Source: a virus
Strand: one strand, 5' to 3'
Length of the DNA: 64,000 bases
Virus record (IMG/VR): IMGVR_UViG_3300045988_152944
Each line of letters opens with the position of its first letter. Position 1 is the first letter of the stretch. Below the pieces are notes generated by a model that saw nothing but the letters and a program-made list of their open reading frames with translations, was not told the origin of the DNA and ran no database searches. Made by a program: the position numbers and the translations under genes. Positions 1 through 8,375 of the stretch are shown here, in pieces.

Positions 1-641
1 CGACTTTCAATATGATGTACATTTAATACATTATCTTTTGATTTACCGTGGCAACATTGGCATTCGTGGTGATCGCGGAATAATACATAGGCTCTCACAT
101 TCCAGAAACCTAATTGCTCGCCCTGTTGATATTCTTTTCCCGATATTTCGGGATTGTTTATCTTCTGGATATCGAATTGAGCGGTTTCGACAATAAGTTT
201 AGTTATCGGTAAAATCGCATACAAGCGTTTTATAACTTGAATATGCGAATTTATCTTTTGTTCAACACTTGGAGCAAGCCATCCTTTGTGTTTTGAATAA
301 ACACGATTGTTAAATCTTGCAGGGCGATATCTCAACCGGTTTCTTCTCGTTCTTCTTGCTTCTCTACGAGATGATAGTTTATTTACAATATCATTACGCA
401 ATTCGACATCAGCTTCATATAGCACTTGTTTGTCCGTTGTGGCAGAAACACCAATATGCTTACTTCCGACATCAATTCCAAGATTCACTTCTTGTGTTTG
501 ATTTTCACAATCGAATAATAACTGAATTGTAAACGGTTCGTATTTTACTATTTTTGCTTTATTTTGTTTTAGCAATTTTCTTGCTTTTGCTTCTTTGCAA
601 GGCATTAATGGTTTGCCTTGTTTGTTTAATACATATACCAT
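1..641 (-). CDS. iscB: IscB-type RNA-guided nuclease, N-terminal 213 aa only (gene runs off the left edge of the window)
   Basis: Absent from the ORF track because it exits the window. Minus-strand translation from ATG at 641 reads MVYVLNKQGKPLMPCKEAKARKLL..NLGIDVGSKHIGVSA..SSRREARRTRRNRLRYRPARF..LIVETAQFD..RDHHECQCCHGKSKDNVLNVHHIES. This gives the PLMP motif, RuvC-I Asp, Arg-rich bridge helix, RuvC-II Glu and the start of an HNH (CxxC..HH). AGGAGG lies at 653-658. Confidence 0.8.
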   Translation of the reverse strand, partial: MVYVLNKQGKPLMPCKEAKARKLLKQNKAKIVKYEPFTIQLLFDCENQTQEVNLGIDVGSKHIGVSATTDKQVLYEADVELRNDIVNKLSSRREARRTRRNRLRYRPARFNNRVYSKHKGWLAPSVEQKINSHIQVIKRLYAILPITKLIVETAQFDIQKINNPEISGKEYQQGEQLGFWNVRAYVLFRDHHECQCCHGKSKDNVLNVHHIES

Positions 642-895
642 TGCTTTTATAGCCTCCTATATGTTAGAGTGGTTACTCCACGACAATGTTATTCAAAGGT
701 TTTACGTATGCAACACTGTTCCTACCCATCAGAACTGTTTAATCACATACCGCAGAGCGTAAGACTGGAGAGTACATCCTACAGTGCCTATATATTCTTT
801 GATAACGTAGTGCTCGAAGCACTGAGTCTGATCAACTAGTGAGCTTGAAGCCCACGCCTATTTATGGGCTGGGTAGTTGACAAAAACTCCTTTTG
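642..895 (-). ncRNA. candidate IscB omega-RNA (scaffold abutting the iscB start; guide expected at the high-coordinate end)
   Basis: About 250 nt with no ORF directly 5' of iscB on the same strand, the canonical omega-RNA position. The minus strand is hairpin-dense (GCCCA-N10-TGGGC; nested TTGAT..AGTGC-TTCGA-GCACT..ATCAA). Ends not determined. Confidence 0.5.
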
Positions 896-907
896 AAAAT
901 AAATTCG

Positions 908-1378
908 TCACTCACTCAAGGCGTCGCCGCCATTGAAAATGAAATGCTCGTAATTTTGTCCCATGCTTTTATAAGATTTTGTGTCCTTATCCCAGCAATA
1001 GGTTGCTTGTTCTGATAATACAAAGTACACACCACCAACATCGCCCACAGCGGGTAGTTGTTCGCGTGTACTCACTTGAACAGCCCCTGCGGTAACGCCC
1101 GAAGCAGAAATAACATTGTTTTCGTCAATTGTAATACCAGAACCAGCGGTTAATTTTTGTTGATACTTTTGTAGCTCCTCGGTTGAATCCAAGGCTATCC
1201 AATTAGAACCGTCTGAACGATATAGACCGTTGTGTTCTAATTTCTCCGTTGTGGCACCAAGATGATGATAGATTTTATTATCGCTTGCGTCCTTCGGAGA
1301 AAAAGAACTCAGATCTTTGTTCTCAATTGGAGTGTTAAGCAGCTGATTATAATCAGCAATCATAATTCTTTGAATCAT
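908..1378 (-). CDS. hypothetical late protein (possibly a tail-fibre or receptor-binding tip)
   Basis: ORF track; ATG at 1376-1378; last gene of the structural operon. No motif recognised. Confidence 0.55.
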   Translation of the reverse strand: MIQRIMIADYNQLLNTPIENKDLSSFSPKDASDNKIYHHLGATTEKLEHNGLYRSDGSNWIALDSTEELQKYQQKLTAGSGITIDENNVISASGVTAGAVQVSTREQLPAVGDVGGVYFVLSEQATYCWDKDTKSYKSMGQNYEHFIFNGGDALSE

Positions 1379-1381
1379 CTT

Positions 1382-1702
1382 TTAACCCTCTGTAATTATA
1401 TAGTAAGCATTTTGAACATATTTTTCCGTGGTCGGTCCCACATACTTAACAAATTTACCAAAAAACTCACTTACGTTCAGCTTGTTCATTTCTTCTTCGG
1501 TTTTGGCTATAATGGGGTTTTCGATCGAACCAAGTTCTCCAGTACCATTAATTACCTTCCCATACGAATCGTAAGCTGAATAACCCTTTAAAACCTTGGC
1601 CGCATCTGCCTGATTGCCAAGAGGGGTTAATACATAATCTCCTGTTGGACTATAATTATCATTAGTTTGGATAATTAACGTCCCCTCGTATTTTTGTCCC
1701 AT
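1382..1702 (-). CDS. small late protein, paralog A (N-terminus shared with 1763..1981)
   Basis: Start moved to the internal ATG at 1702, preceded by CAGGAGGAG. N-terminus is MGQKYEGTLIIQTNDNYSPTGDY. Confidence 0.6.
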   Translation of the reverse strand: MGQKYEGTLIIQTNDNYSPTGDYVLTPLGNQADAAKVLKGYSAYDSYGKVINGTGELGSIENPIIAKTEEEMNKLNVSEFFGKFVKYVGPTTEKYVQNAYYIITEG

Positions 1703-1762
1703 ACTTTCTCCTCCTGCCAAATCACCCATAACCAATAGTGTGGATGCTTTTGCGATAGTTGT

Positions 1763-1981
1763 TTACGCCGCAGGTTCAGGTTCAGGTTCAGGTTCAGGAT
1801 CTTTCTCCGGTGCGACATAAGAACCATTCAATACCACGCCCTGTGCTCCATAAGCTTTTTTGCCTTTCAGGATGTCTTCTTCGGATGCCAGATCAGGTAT
1901 TGACTCCAAACGATATTCGCCCGTAGGACTATAATTATCGTTGGTTTGAATAATCAGTGTGCCTTCATATTTTTGTCCCAT
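1763..1981 (-). CDS. small late protein, paralog B, ending in a (PE)5 repeat
   Basis: ORF track. N-terminus MGQKYEGTLIIQTNDNYSPTGEY matches paralog A over the first 21 aa. C-terminus is EKDPEPEPEPEPAA. Confidence 0.6.
   Translation of the reverse strand: MGQKYEGTLIIQTNDNYSPTGEYRLESIPDLASEEDILKGKKAYGAQGVVLNGSYVAPEKDPEPEPEPEPAA
1771..1798. repeat. (CAGGTT)4 in-frame hexanucleotide repeat encoding (PE)n
   Basis: caggttcaggttcaggttcaggttcagg read directly. Confidence 0.9.
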
Positions 1982-1991
1982 AATTTTCCCC

Positions 1992-2318
1992 TCACTTCTT
2001 ATTTACTTTTTTTGAAAAATCAATAATGAATTCGATTGCGTCGGAAATTTGATCAACCTCATATTGAATACCCAATTCCTTCGCAAAAGAATCCACAGCT
2101 GCCATAACAATTTCTTTTTTTTCTGCCCCAGATTGTCCAGTGGCTTCAGCATCTGCGATAGCCCGTAAAATCATAGGATACAGTTTTTTCCAATTGCCAT
2201 CTTTTGCTAATTCGCCAAACTTCTTTTTCAGTTTTGTAAACATTGCAACCATAGCAGTAATCGCAGCGATGACAATACTGACAAGTGAGACGATTAATCC
2301 AATATCTACATTACTCAT
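1992..2318 (-). CDS. membrane protein, holin-like (N-terminal TM helix plus helical tail, LL-H-type architecture)
   Basis: Start moved to the ATG at 2318, after GAGGTGG. Sequence MSNVDIGLIVSLVSIVIAAITAMVAMFTKLKKK gives one TM segment followed by a charged region. Assignment is by architecture only. Confidence 0.45.
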   Translation of the reverse strand: MSNVDIGLIVSLVSIVIAAITAMVAMFTKLKKKFGELAKDGNWKKLYPMILRAIADAEATGQSGAEKKEIVMAAVDSFAKELGIQYEVDQISDAIEFIIDFSKKVNKK

Positions 2319-2460
2319 GGATTCCACCTCGTTAAATAAAATGATATTTTTATTTGAACCCACACACTGTGGGATTATTTTCGATTTTAATAGACAAGTG
2401 TCTATTTGTAAAAAAGAAAATTGGGGCCATACATAAATGTACGACCCCAAAACCTTTTAA

Positions 2461-2643
2461 TCAGTCTTTTAACTGAAAATATTTGCAATTTTCTTTGCAA
2501 CCATTTGGCACCCAGCATTTCTCATTGTGACAAAATCGCTGAAAAGGACAAACCTCTCCTTTGAGTTTTTCACACACATATGTGTCTGCGCCACACCCTC
2601 TTGCAAATTGGCAAGGATGCAAGGTCCTTTTTGGAAATTCCAT
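2461..2643 (-). CDS. 8-Cys mini-protein (60 aa)
   Basis: ORF track. Its start overlaps the upstream stop as TAATG. Cys spacing is C-x5-C-x6-C-x7-C-x5-C-x4-C-x5-C-x3-C. Confidence 0.55.
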   Translation of the reverse strand: MEFPKRTLHPCQFARGCGADTYVCEKLKGEVCPFQRFCHNEKCWVPNGCKENCKYFQLKD

Positions 2644-3680
2644 TACGCAATAGTGAAGGAATCCGTTTTGTTACCAAATGTAGCAGAAAGAACCTTACCT
2701 TGTTCAAGAGCAGTGGTTTCCTCTGCCACCGTATTATCATATTTGATTTCGAGGCCCTCTATGTCGTGTTTAAGCAACATCAGGCTCTTATCGTTATACA
2801 AGGCATAGATTTCAACATCCGAAACCTTATTGCCTACAACGGCGCTTTCGGGATTGATCGCGATAGCAACCAAGCCATCGGTAAGACTTCTACCTTCAAT
2901 AACTTCAATAATACGGAACAGTTTACCACTGCCAACATCACAACCCTCGTTCATAACCATGGCGGTACCATTGAGGTTCATAGTTGCATTCGAACTCATG
3001 TTGAAGGTGAATTCTTGACCACCATCAAGTTGGAATCTCGGAACCTCAAACGTAAGAGTGCCAGCTTTGCTACCCTTCGAGGCCGCACAAGCGTCACCGG
3101 CGAAAATAGGCACAGTGATAACCAACATAAGCTCTTGAGGGATAAGATCGCTCTTCACAACCGCTTCTTTAGCTTCGTTGCTAGAACCATAATAGCGCAC
3201 ACAATAGGTTTTACCTTCAACGCCATCCTCAATGGTCACGTCTTTACCAACAATTGCCGTGCTGACCTTGTAATCATCATTGCCTTCCAGTGCATACCAA
3301 ACCATTTTGGTTACAGCGCCGCTATCACATTTCAGCATGGGAATATCAGCAGGAGTTTGTTTGAGGGAAAGTTTGTTCCCATTGCACACAACCTCTTCAC
3401 CTTGATACGCGTTGAGACCACGCGCAAAAGTAGTGCCAAGCTGAGCTTCAATATAAGATTCTTTATAAAGAATATCCGTAAGGGTGATTGCTACAGCAGG
3501 ATCGTGGAAAAAGTTTGCAACAACAGGCGCATTCGTGCCACCACGAAGTTCGTCTTTCGTGATTGTGACAGAAATCGAAGAATCCGTCAACGTCTTGGCA
3601 ACAAACGCCATCGTCGGTTTCCCATCGACCAAACGAAACGCTTCAGCCGTACCAACGGAGCCTAAAAAATATTTTGCCAT
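2643..3680 (-). CDS. abundant structural protein, tail-tube-like with a possible C-terminal Ig-like segment
   Basis: ORF track; strong SD context shared with gene 9493..10053. The functional call is tentative and based on position and composition only. Confidence 0.4.
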   Translation of the reverse strand: MAKYFLGSVGTAEAFRLVDGKPTMAFVAKTLTDSSISVTITKDELRGGTNAPVVANFFHDPAVAITLTDILYKESYIEAQLGTTFARGLNAYQGEEVVCNGNKLSLKQTPADIPMLKCDSGAVTKMVWYALEGNDDYKVSTAIVGKDVTIEDGVEGKTYCVRYYGSSNEAKEAVVKSDLIPQELMLVITVPIFAGDACAASKGSKAGTLTFEVPRFQLDGGQEFTFNMSSNATMNLNGTAMVMNEGCDVGSGKLFRIIEVIEGRSLTDGLVAIAINPESAVVGNKVSDVEIYALYNDKSLMLLKHDIEGLEIKYDNTVAEETTALEQGKVLSATFGNKTDSFTIA

Positions 3681-3692
3681 ATTAGTTTCTCC

Positions 3693-3706
3693 TTATATAA
3701 TTAAAT
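3693..3706 (-). promoter_or_regulatory. conserved box ATTTAATTATATAA just 5' of the SD (copy 1 of 2)
   Basis: Identical 14-mer at 10069..10082 in front of another structural gene. Confidence 0.4.
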
Positions 3707-3712
3707 TATGTT

Positions 3713-4636
3713 TTAGATTTGAGACATCTCACCCTTGAATTCATCAAGAGTCCTATAAGCGTCGCCCAAAACATCTGTCTCTTTTTTATATATCCAATGT
3801 TCGGGCGGTTCTTTCATTGAAACCATTCCGGTCATCATACCAACACGAGTAGCCTCATATTGAATTACATCATCAACCGTAGTTAACAACATCAAAAACT
3901 TTCTGATGGGCATATCATACAGCTCACTCAACTTATAGCTGGTTTTAGCTGAAACACATACCATCTTTTTCTCAGTGGTCGCTTTTCCACTCTTTTGGCT
4001 TTTAATTCTGATACGTTCTGCGTAGTCAGCCTTCAAGTCAGGATCAATCTTGCTGTCATCATAATAATCAGGTAAATTCTGATACATTACAATTTGCCTT
4101 AAACGCTCAAACGCCGCAGCGTCGATTGAATGTCCCGCTACGACTAACTTATACTTCTTCGTTTCCGGATCTGCAGCATATCGTATCATTGCCTCAAGTT
4201 GTGTTGAACCGCACTTAGGGCAAGCCACCAACTTCTCCTCTTCTGGTTTTTCTTGAGTGAGAATTTCTCTGTGTTGAGTTATAAACTCGGCGTAAGTCAT
4301 CGTGTTGCCACATTGTGGGCACCACACCCCATCTTTTAAATGGAAAATCAACTCAAACAATTTACTCAAGCGAAGAGTCCAAAGCTGTCCTTCTTCTTGA
4401 TCGTTAAGTTTTCCGATCAAAAAATCTAGATGAGTTTGTTTAAGGCCTTCAAAGGTTTCATTTTTATTCAATGTTAAACACGGATTCACCAACATAAAAT
4501 CGTTGTAATTCCGCATTGGTATTGGATAAATTTGTAACCCACAAAAGGGAACGGGTTCGTCATAGGTAAAATACGTAGCCTCATATTGTTGAATTTCGTT
4601 GGCTATTTTTTCGCTCAAACACCCATATCTGTCCAT
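3713..4636 (-). CDS. late protein with a central zinc ribbon (CPQCG..CPKCG)
   Basis: ORF track; AGAAGGAGG upstream. Confidence 0.6.
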   Translation of the reverse strand: MDRYGCLSEKIANEIQQYEATYFTYDEPVPFCGLQIYPIPMRNYNDFMLVNPCLTLNKNETFEGLKQTHLDFLIGKLNDQEEGQLWTLRLSKLFELIFHLKDGVWCPQCGNTMTYAEFITQHREILTQEKPEEEKLVACPKCGSTQLEAMIRYAADPETKKYKLVVAGHSIDAAAFERLRQIVMYQNLPDYYDDSKIDPDLKADYAERIRIKSQKSGKATTEKKMVCVSAKTSYKLSELYDMPIRKFLMLLTTVDDVIQYEATRVGMMTGMVSMKEPPEHWIYKKETDVLGDAYRTLDEFKGEMSQI

Positions 4637-4709
4637 TCTATCCTCCTTCTCATCCTTATATTTCAGTAGCTATTAATATATTGCGCTCATTTCAAGCTAT
4701 TGAAACCCT

Positions 4710-5402
4710 TTAGAAATTGCGATTCGGTCCTTCCGCTAATCCTGATACCAGCATTGCCATCTTGGTAACGTGGCCCAGATAGGTTCGACCATTCCACAAA
4801 TTTTGTTGTGAGTTGTTATAATAATTTGTTTTTTGGTTAAATTGGAAGTACCCAATTCCATCCAAATACAAACCATTCAACTCTGCAATCACGCTCTTTA
4901 ATAGAACGCTCTCGCGATTTTTATATAAAACCACCGCTTCTCCTTTTTTATCCGAATCGTTGGGATTCGGATTGGGAAGTAAGGGGTTTATATCTTGTGC
5001 GTCGGCATCTCCCATAATTTTAATAATCTTGCTGTGTGAAATTGTTTCTAACGCAATATTAACTACAGCGACCTCGTGGTTGGTCGGGAAAACGCCGTCT
5101 ATATAAATATGGAGATGTGCACATTGTTCAGTCCACGCGTCGTCAACATATCTGGATAAAAACACTCTTTTATTTGTTTCTTGGCCATCTTCAGTGTCGA
5201 TTAGGGCATAACGCTCTTCGAGTGAAACATTGTCTTTGAACAAACAATCCATTGTTGGATACTTTAAGATTTTCCAAATATTTTGAGCATTTTTCGTTTG
5301 ACTATACAACAAATGGGATATAATTTTCCACTCGATGCTGTCAAGATTGGTGAACCTATTATAGTTGCTCATCTCATCATAACTACCTTGATATCCTGCC
5401 AT
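4710..5402 (-). CDS. hypothetical structural/morphogenesis protein
   Basis: ORF track; located in the late operon. Confidence 0.55.
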   Translation of the reverse strand: MAGYQGSYDEMSNYNRFTNLDSIEWKIISHLLYSQTKNAQNIWKILKYPTMDCLFKDNVSLEERYALIDTEDGQETNKRVFLSRYVDDAWTEQCAHLHIYIDGVFPTNHEVAVVNIALETISHSKIIKIMGDADAQDINPLLPNPNPNDSDKKGEAVVLYKNRESVLLKSVIAELNGLYLDGIGYFQFNQKTNYYNNSQQNLWNGRTYLGHVTKMAMLVSGLAEGPNRNF

Positions 5403-5408
5403 AATACC

Positions 5409-6551
5409 TTATAACCCCCTTAGTGAAATATTAAATTTATATGTCACGTCCACACCTTCAAGAATTGCCTTGCAGGTAACTTCTAAATTTCCCGCCGGAT
5501 AAAATTTTAATTTTTGCAACGAAAAGCTATTACCGTCCAATTGCTCAAATTTGACATATTTATCTCTAACTGAATCATCAACGGGTTGTGGTGGACTAGA
5601 GGCGTTCATAAGCTGATATGTGGTTGCGACCTTCGTATCGGTAGATACACCAGAAGCATATACCACAGGCTTAAATATCAACGGCTCATTTGAAAGCGTT
5701 TCGGGAATGACAGATGGTTCGTCTAATCGGATTTGATAATCCGTTTCTGTTCCAGTTTCTTCAACAACAACGCTTTCTTTTTGGTTATACGCAATGCGCG
5801 TTTGAAAATTATCGTATTCAGATTTTTGAACAACTTCAAAATAAAGAATAATTGTTCCTAAATCATCATCCACAAATGTACGATTGGAAGCAAATTTGCT
5901 TATTGCTTGTATACGATAAACCTGGTCATATCCAACAATAAATCGTTGGTTGACATAATATTTACGCGTAAACTCGTTGTGCTGCACAATTACGGTTAAG
6001 TCCGATGATTGACTCACCGCTGTCTGATTATACACGATGTTAACGCCAGCAAGCTCTTTTGTTTGAACTGCGGGCTCATAATGATAACGTGTTATACCTT
6101 GAGCGTCTAAGTATTCACTACCTAAAGTGCCGTTGCATCGCGCAATAATAGCACTTGCGGTTGCATCACTAGTATTACGGTTAGTCGTTAACCAAACACT
6201 TTTGTTTTCCTCTGGTTCATCGATATCATATTGGAATGAAAATTTAAATTTTAATCCCAAAGGACAGTGATAGTGAACATCGCGAAATACCACACGACGC
6301 CAGTCGTCAGAAATCGGAACGCCTTTATCGGTTTTAACTGTTTGTAAAACGACCTCCAAGGGGACGAACTTGTTTGTTCCAATTGCCGTCTCTTGTTCAA
6401 TCAATGCGCGATTGGGACGATAATCCCAGTCGGCATCTACCTTATCTTGAATTTCTTTTAGCCAATAATTTTGAGGTACGTAATTGCGTGGAGTTTGTGA
6501 AATTAAATGATAAGGATTTGGTCTGTTTGTAGTATCATAAACTTTACCCAT
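5409..6551 (-). CDS. hypothetical structural protein (380 aa)
   Basis: The track start at 6560 is GTG. The ATG at 6551 has GAGGAGG 8 nt upstream. Confidence 0.55.
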   Translation of the reverse strand: MGKVYDTTNRPNPYHLISQTPRNYVPQNYWLKEIQDKVDADWDYRPNRALIEQETAIGTNKFVPLEVVLQTVKTDKGVPISDDWRRVVFRDVHYHCPLGLKFKFSFQYDIDEPEENKSVWLTTNRNTSDATASAIIARCNGTLGSEYLDAQGITRYHYEPAVQTKELAGVNIVYNQTAVSQSSDLTVIVQHNEFTRKYYVNQRFIVGYDQVYRIQAISKFASNRTFVDDDLGTIILYFEVVQKSEYDNFQTRIAYNQKESVVVEETGTETDYQIRLDEPSVIPETLSNEPLIFKPVVYASGVSTDTKVATTYQLMNASSPPQPVDDSVRDKYVKFEQLDGNSFSLQKLKFYPAGNLEVTCKAILEGVDVTYKFNISLRGL

Positions 6552-6570
6552 TCGCACCACCTCCTCGTTA

Positions 6571-6909
6571 TCACAAGCTCTTTAGCAAATGATCGATAAT
6601 GCCCTTGGTTTCAAAAATCTGTTTTCGCACCAACGAATAAGGGAGATTTTTATAATCTCGAATACCGTTTAGTTTTACAATTACATCAACCAAAGCACCA
6701 TCAAATAAAATATTGGCCGAATTCACCTCAAACAACTGACTTACAATATAATCATCCGCAGTGATTCTATGTTCATCTTGGACAGTGTTGTTAGTTTCAT
6801 CTTCAATAAGATACAGAATTTTTATACATCGCTTACTCAGTTTATGAAGGTAATCTTTTTTTGCCTCTAAGGGCAGTATTAACTTATTTGCCAATTTGTC
6901 TACCTCCAA
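6571..6909 (-). CDS. hypothetical late protein
   Basis: ORF track. The start is TTG and uncertain. Overlaps the upstream gene by 26 nt. Confidence 0.45.
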   Translation of the reverse strand: MEVDKLANKLILPLEAKKDYLHKLSKRCIKILYLIEDETNNTVQDEHRITADDYIVSQLFEVNSANILFDGALVDVIVKLNGIRDYKNLPYSLVRKQIFETKGIIDHLLKSL

Positions 6910-7576
6910 TTGCTCCTGACCACAAATCCCATGACAGCTTCTGTGTCAAATCATTTAACCCTTCACGAATATTTTGGTACCACTCGGTTTTGGCTCTTAC
7001 AGAGTTGGCCGGAGAATGCAATTTGAAATCTGTATCAGTTAAAATATTGCGAATATCTAACATGAAATTCTTTTCATTCTCAGCCCACCCTAAAAGCAAA
7101 CAGTGTGCTAAAATATCTTTCGTACGCGATTCTATAAACGCAGACGAAATATTTGACGAAAATCCTGTAAAATCTGCAGCGAACTCGCCGGCATAATACC
7201 ATTCAACCGAACATGGTGTTTCGTTTGGAACATCACGCGAGAATGTCACGGTATTGGTTTCGGGATTGTATTCCGCCAGTGGATCGGCTGTTTTTCCAAT
7301 GAAAAAACTCATTACTGCATTATCCAGCGGAGTCGTAGACAAAGTATAACTAGCACCACCGTTGCCGTCAAAAACCTCTAACTTGCCTTGGGCATCTGTA
7401 TAATTAGAAAACCTGGAGGAAACCGTTGTGGGATTTGCAAACATCCCTAAACCGTTAATCAAGTATGGTCTCATTGTTTTTGAAAATTCAACAGGGTTGA
7501 GTTCATAAGCACGTAAAATATCGGGGTCATCGAATAAATTCACCGCGCGATTAAAAATATCTTCAAATAGAATCAT
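6884..7576 (-). CDS. hypothetical head/neck protein
   Basis: ORF track; ATG at 7574-7576. Confidence 0.55.
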   Translation of the reverse strand: MILFEDIFNRAVNLFDDPDILRAYELNPVEFSKTMRPYLINGLGMFANPTTVSSRFSNYTDAQGKLEVFDGNGGASYTLSTTPLDNAVMSFFIGKTADPLAEYNPETNTVTFSRDVPNETPCSVEWYYAGEFAADFTGFSSNISSAFIESRTKDILAHCLLLGWAENEKNFMLDIRNILTDTDFKLHSPANSVRAKTEWYQNIREGLNDLTQKLSWDLWSGAIGGRQIGK

Positions 7577-7595
7577 AACGACCCCCTATTAAAAA

Positions 7596-8288
7596 TTATT
7601 TGTTAGTAGTTAGCTCGAGGATTTCGTACTCGAACGCGTTGTTGGTAAAACCATTAAGAATCTGCAACTTTTTCAAATCTCTGAATTCGGGTGCTTTTTC
7701 AATGAATTTACGTTTCCAGTAACTTACAATGAAATCTTTTTGACCATCGCAAACTTTTTCGTAAATATCCTGCACTTCATTCATGGGAAGTGTGCCAAGT
7801 TTGCGAATAAACTCAGAGCTTATCAACGACTCAGACGCCATTTTAAGATTGTTACGACGTGCATAGTATTCCGAACCAGCACCGACAGCAATAATACCAC
7901 GGTCAAACCAAGAGCGATATCTGCCGACCAACTCTTCAAATTGTTGAACCGTAAGAGTTCTTACTTCACCGAATGCTGCCATATCAATAGAATAATTTGA
8001 TAGATCGATGTGTGTGGTAATACCAGGCGCATTATCAAACAGATGGACAATCGTCACTTCATCATTACGATTATAACTCGTCGATTGAGCAACAGGCGTC
8101 GCCATATTATTCTTCAATTCTGCAAACTGAGCCATCAAAGACTTCATTGCATCTTGAAGTTCTGCATTTTGATTGCGCAAAAAATCTATTTCTTCCTGTT
8201 TGTTATCAGGTTTAATTTCAGTTTTTACAACCTTTTCTTCGTTTATTGCCTTTTCTACCGTCTGGGTAGCTTCCTTGTTATTTGCCAT
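7596..8288 (-). CDS. hypothetical protein with an N-terminal coiled coil
   Basis: ORF track; AAGGAGACTTATT before the ATG. Confidence 0.55.
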   Translation of the reverse strand: MANNKEATQTVEKAINEEKVVKTEIKPDNKQEEIDFLRNQNAELQDAMKSLMAQFAELKNNMATPVAQSTSYNRNDEVTIVHLFDNAPGITTHIDLSNYSIDMAAFGEVRTLTVQQFEELVGRYRSWFDRGIIAVGAGSEYYARRNNLKMASESLISSEFIRKLGTLPMNEVQDIYEKVCDGQKDFIVSYWKRKFIEKAPEFRDLKKLQILNGFTNNAFEYEILELTTNK

Positions 8289-8336
8289 AATAAGTCTCCT
8301 TGTGAACTAAAAATCTAAGATAATAAGTCTCAACAA

Positions 8337-8356
8337 GGGCCTCCAAAAGGAGGCCC
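8337..8356 (-). terminator. hairpin GGGCCTCC-AAAA-GGAGGCCC after the capsid gene
   Basis: Perfect 8-bp GC-rich stem 20 nt after the capsid gene stop. The downstream tract on the minus strand is only partly T-rich (ttgttgag), so it is probably an attenuating terminator. Confidence 0.5.
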
Positions 8357-8375
8357 CAATTAGACTTTAAATTAA

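Larger units (their letters stand above)
1..900 (-). mobile_element. IscB-only IS200/IS605-type (OMEGA) element, partial; no tnpA in the visible part
   Basis: iscB plus its upstream structured region sit immediately after the stop (908) of the last late gene. The left boundary lies outside the window. Confidence 0.5.

Noticed and set aside
2580-3665. Long plus-strand ORFs (2580..3665, 8379..9551, 9565..10080, 10406..10849) that lie opposite structural genes
   Set aside because: They are antisense shadows of well-supported minus-strand genes. They have no SD, low-complexity Arg/Ser/Phe-rich translations, and would break the operon logic.
2643-3680. A firm tail-tube assignment and inference of tail morphology
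   Set aside because: No tape-measure, sheath or baseplate genes are recognisable in the window, and the operon continues beyond the left edge. The call stays tentative.
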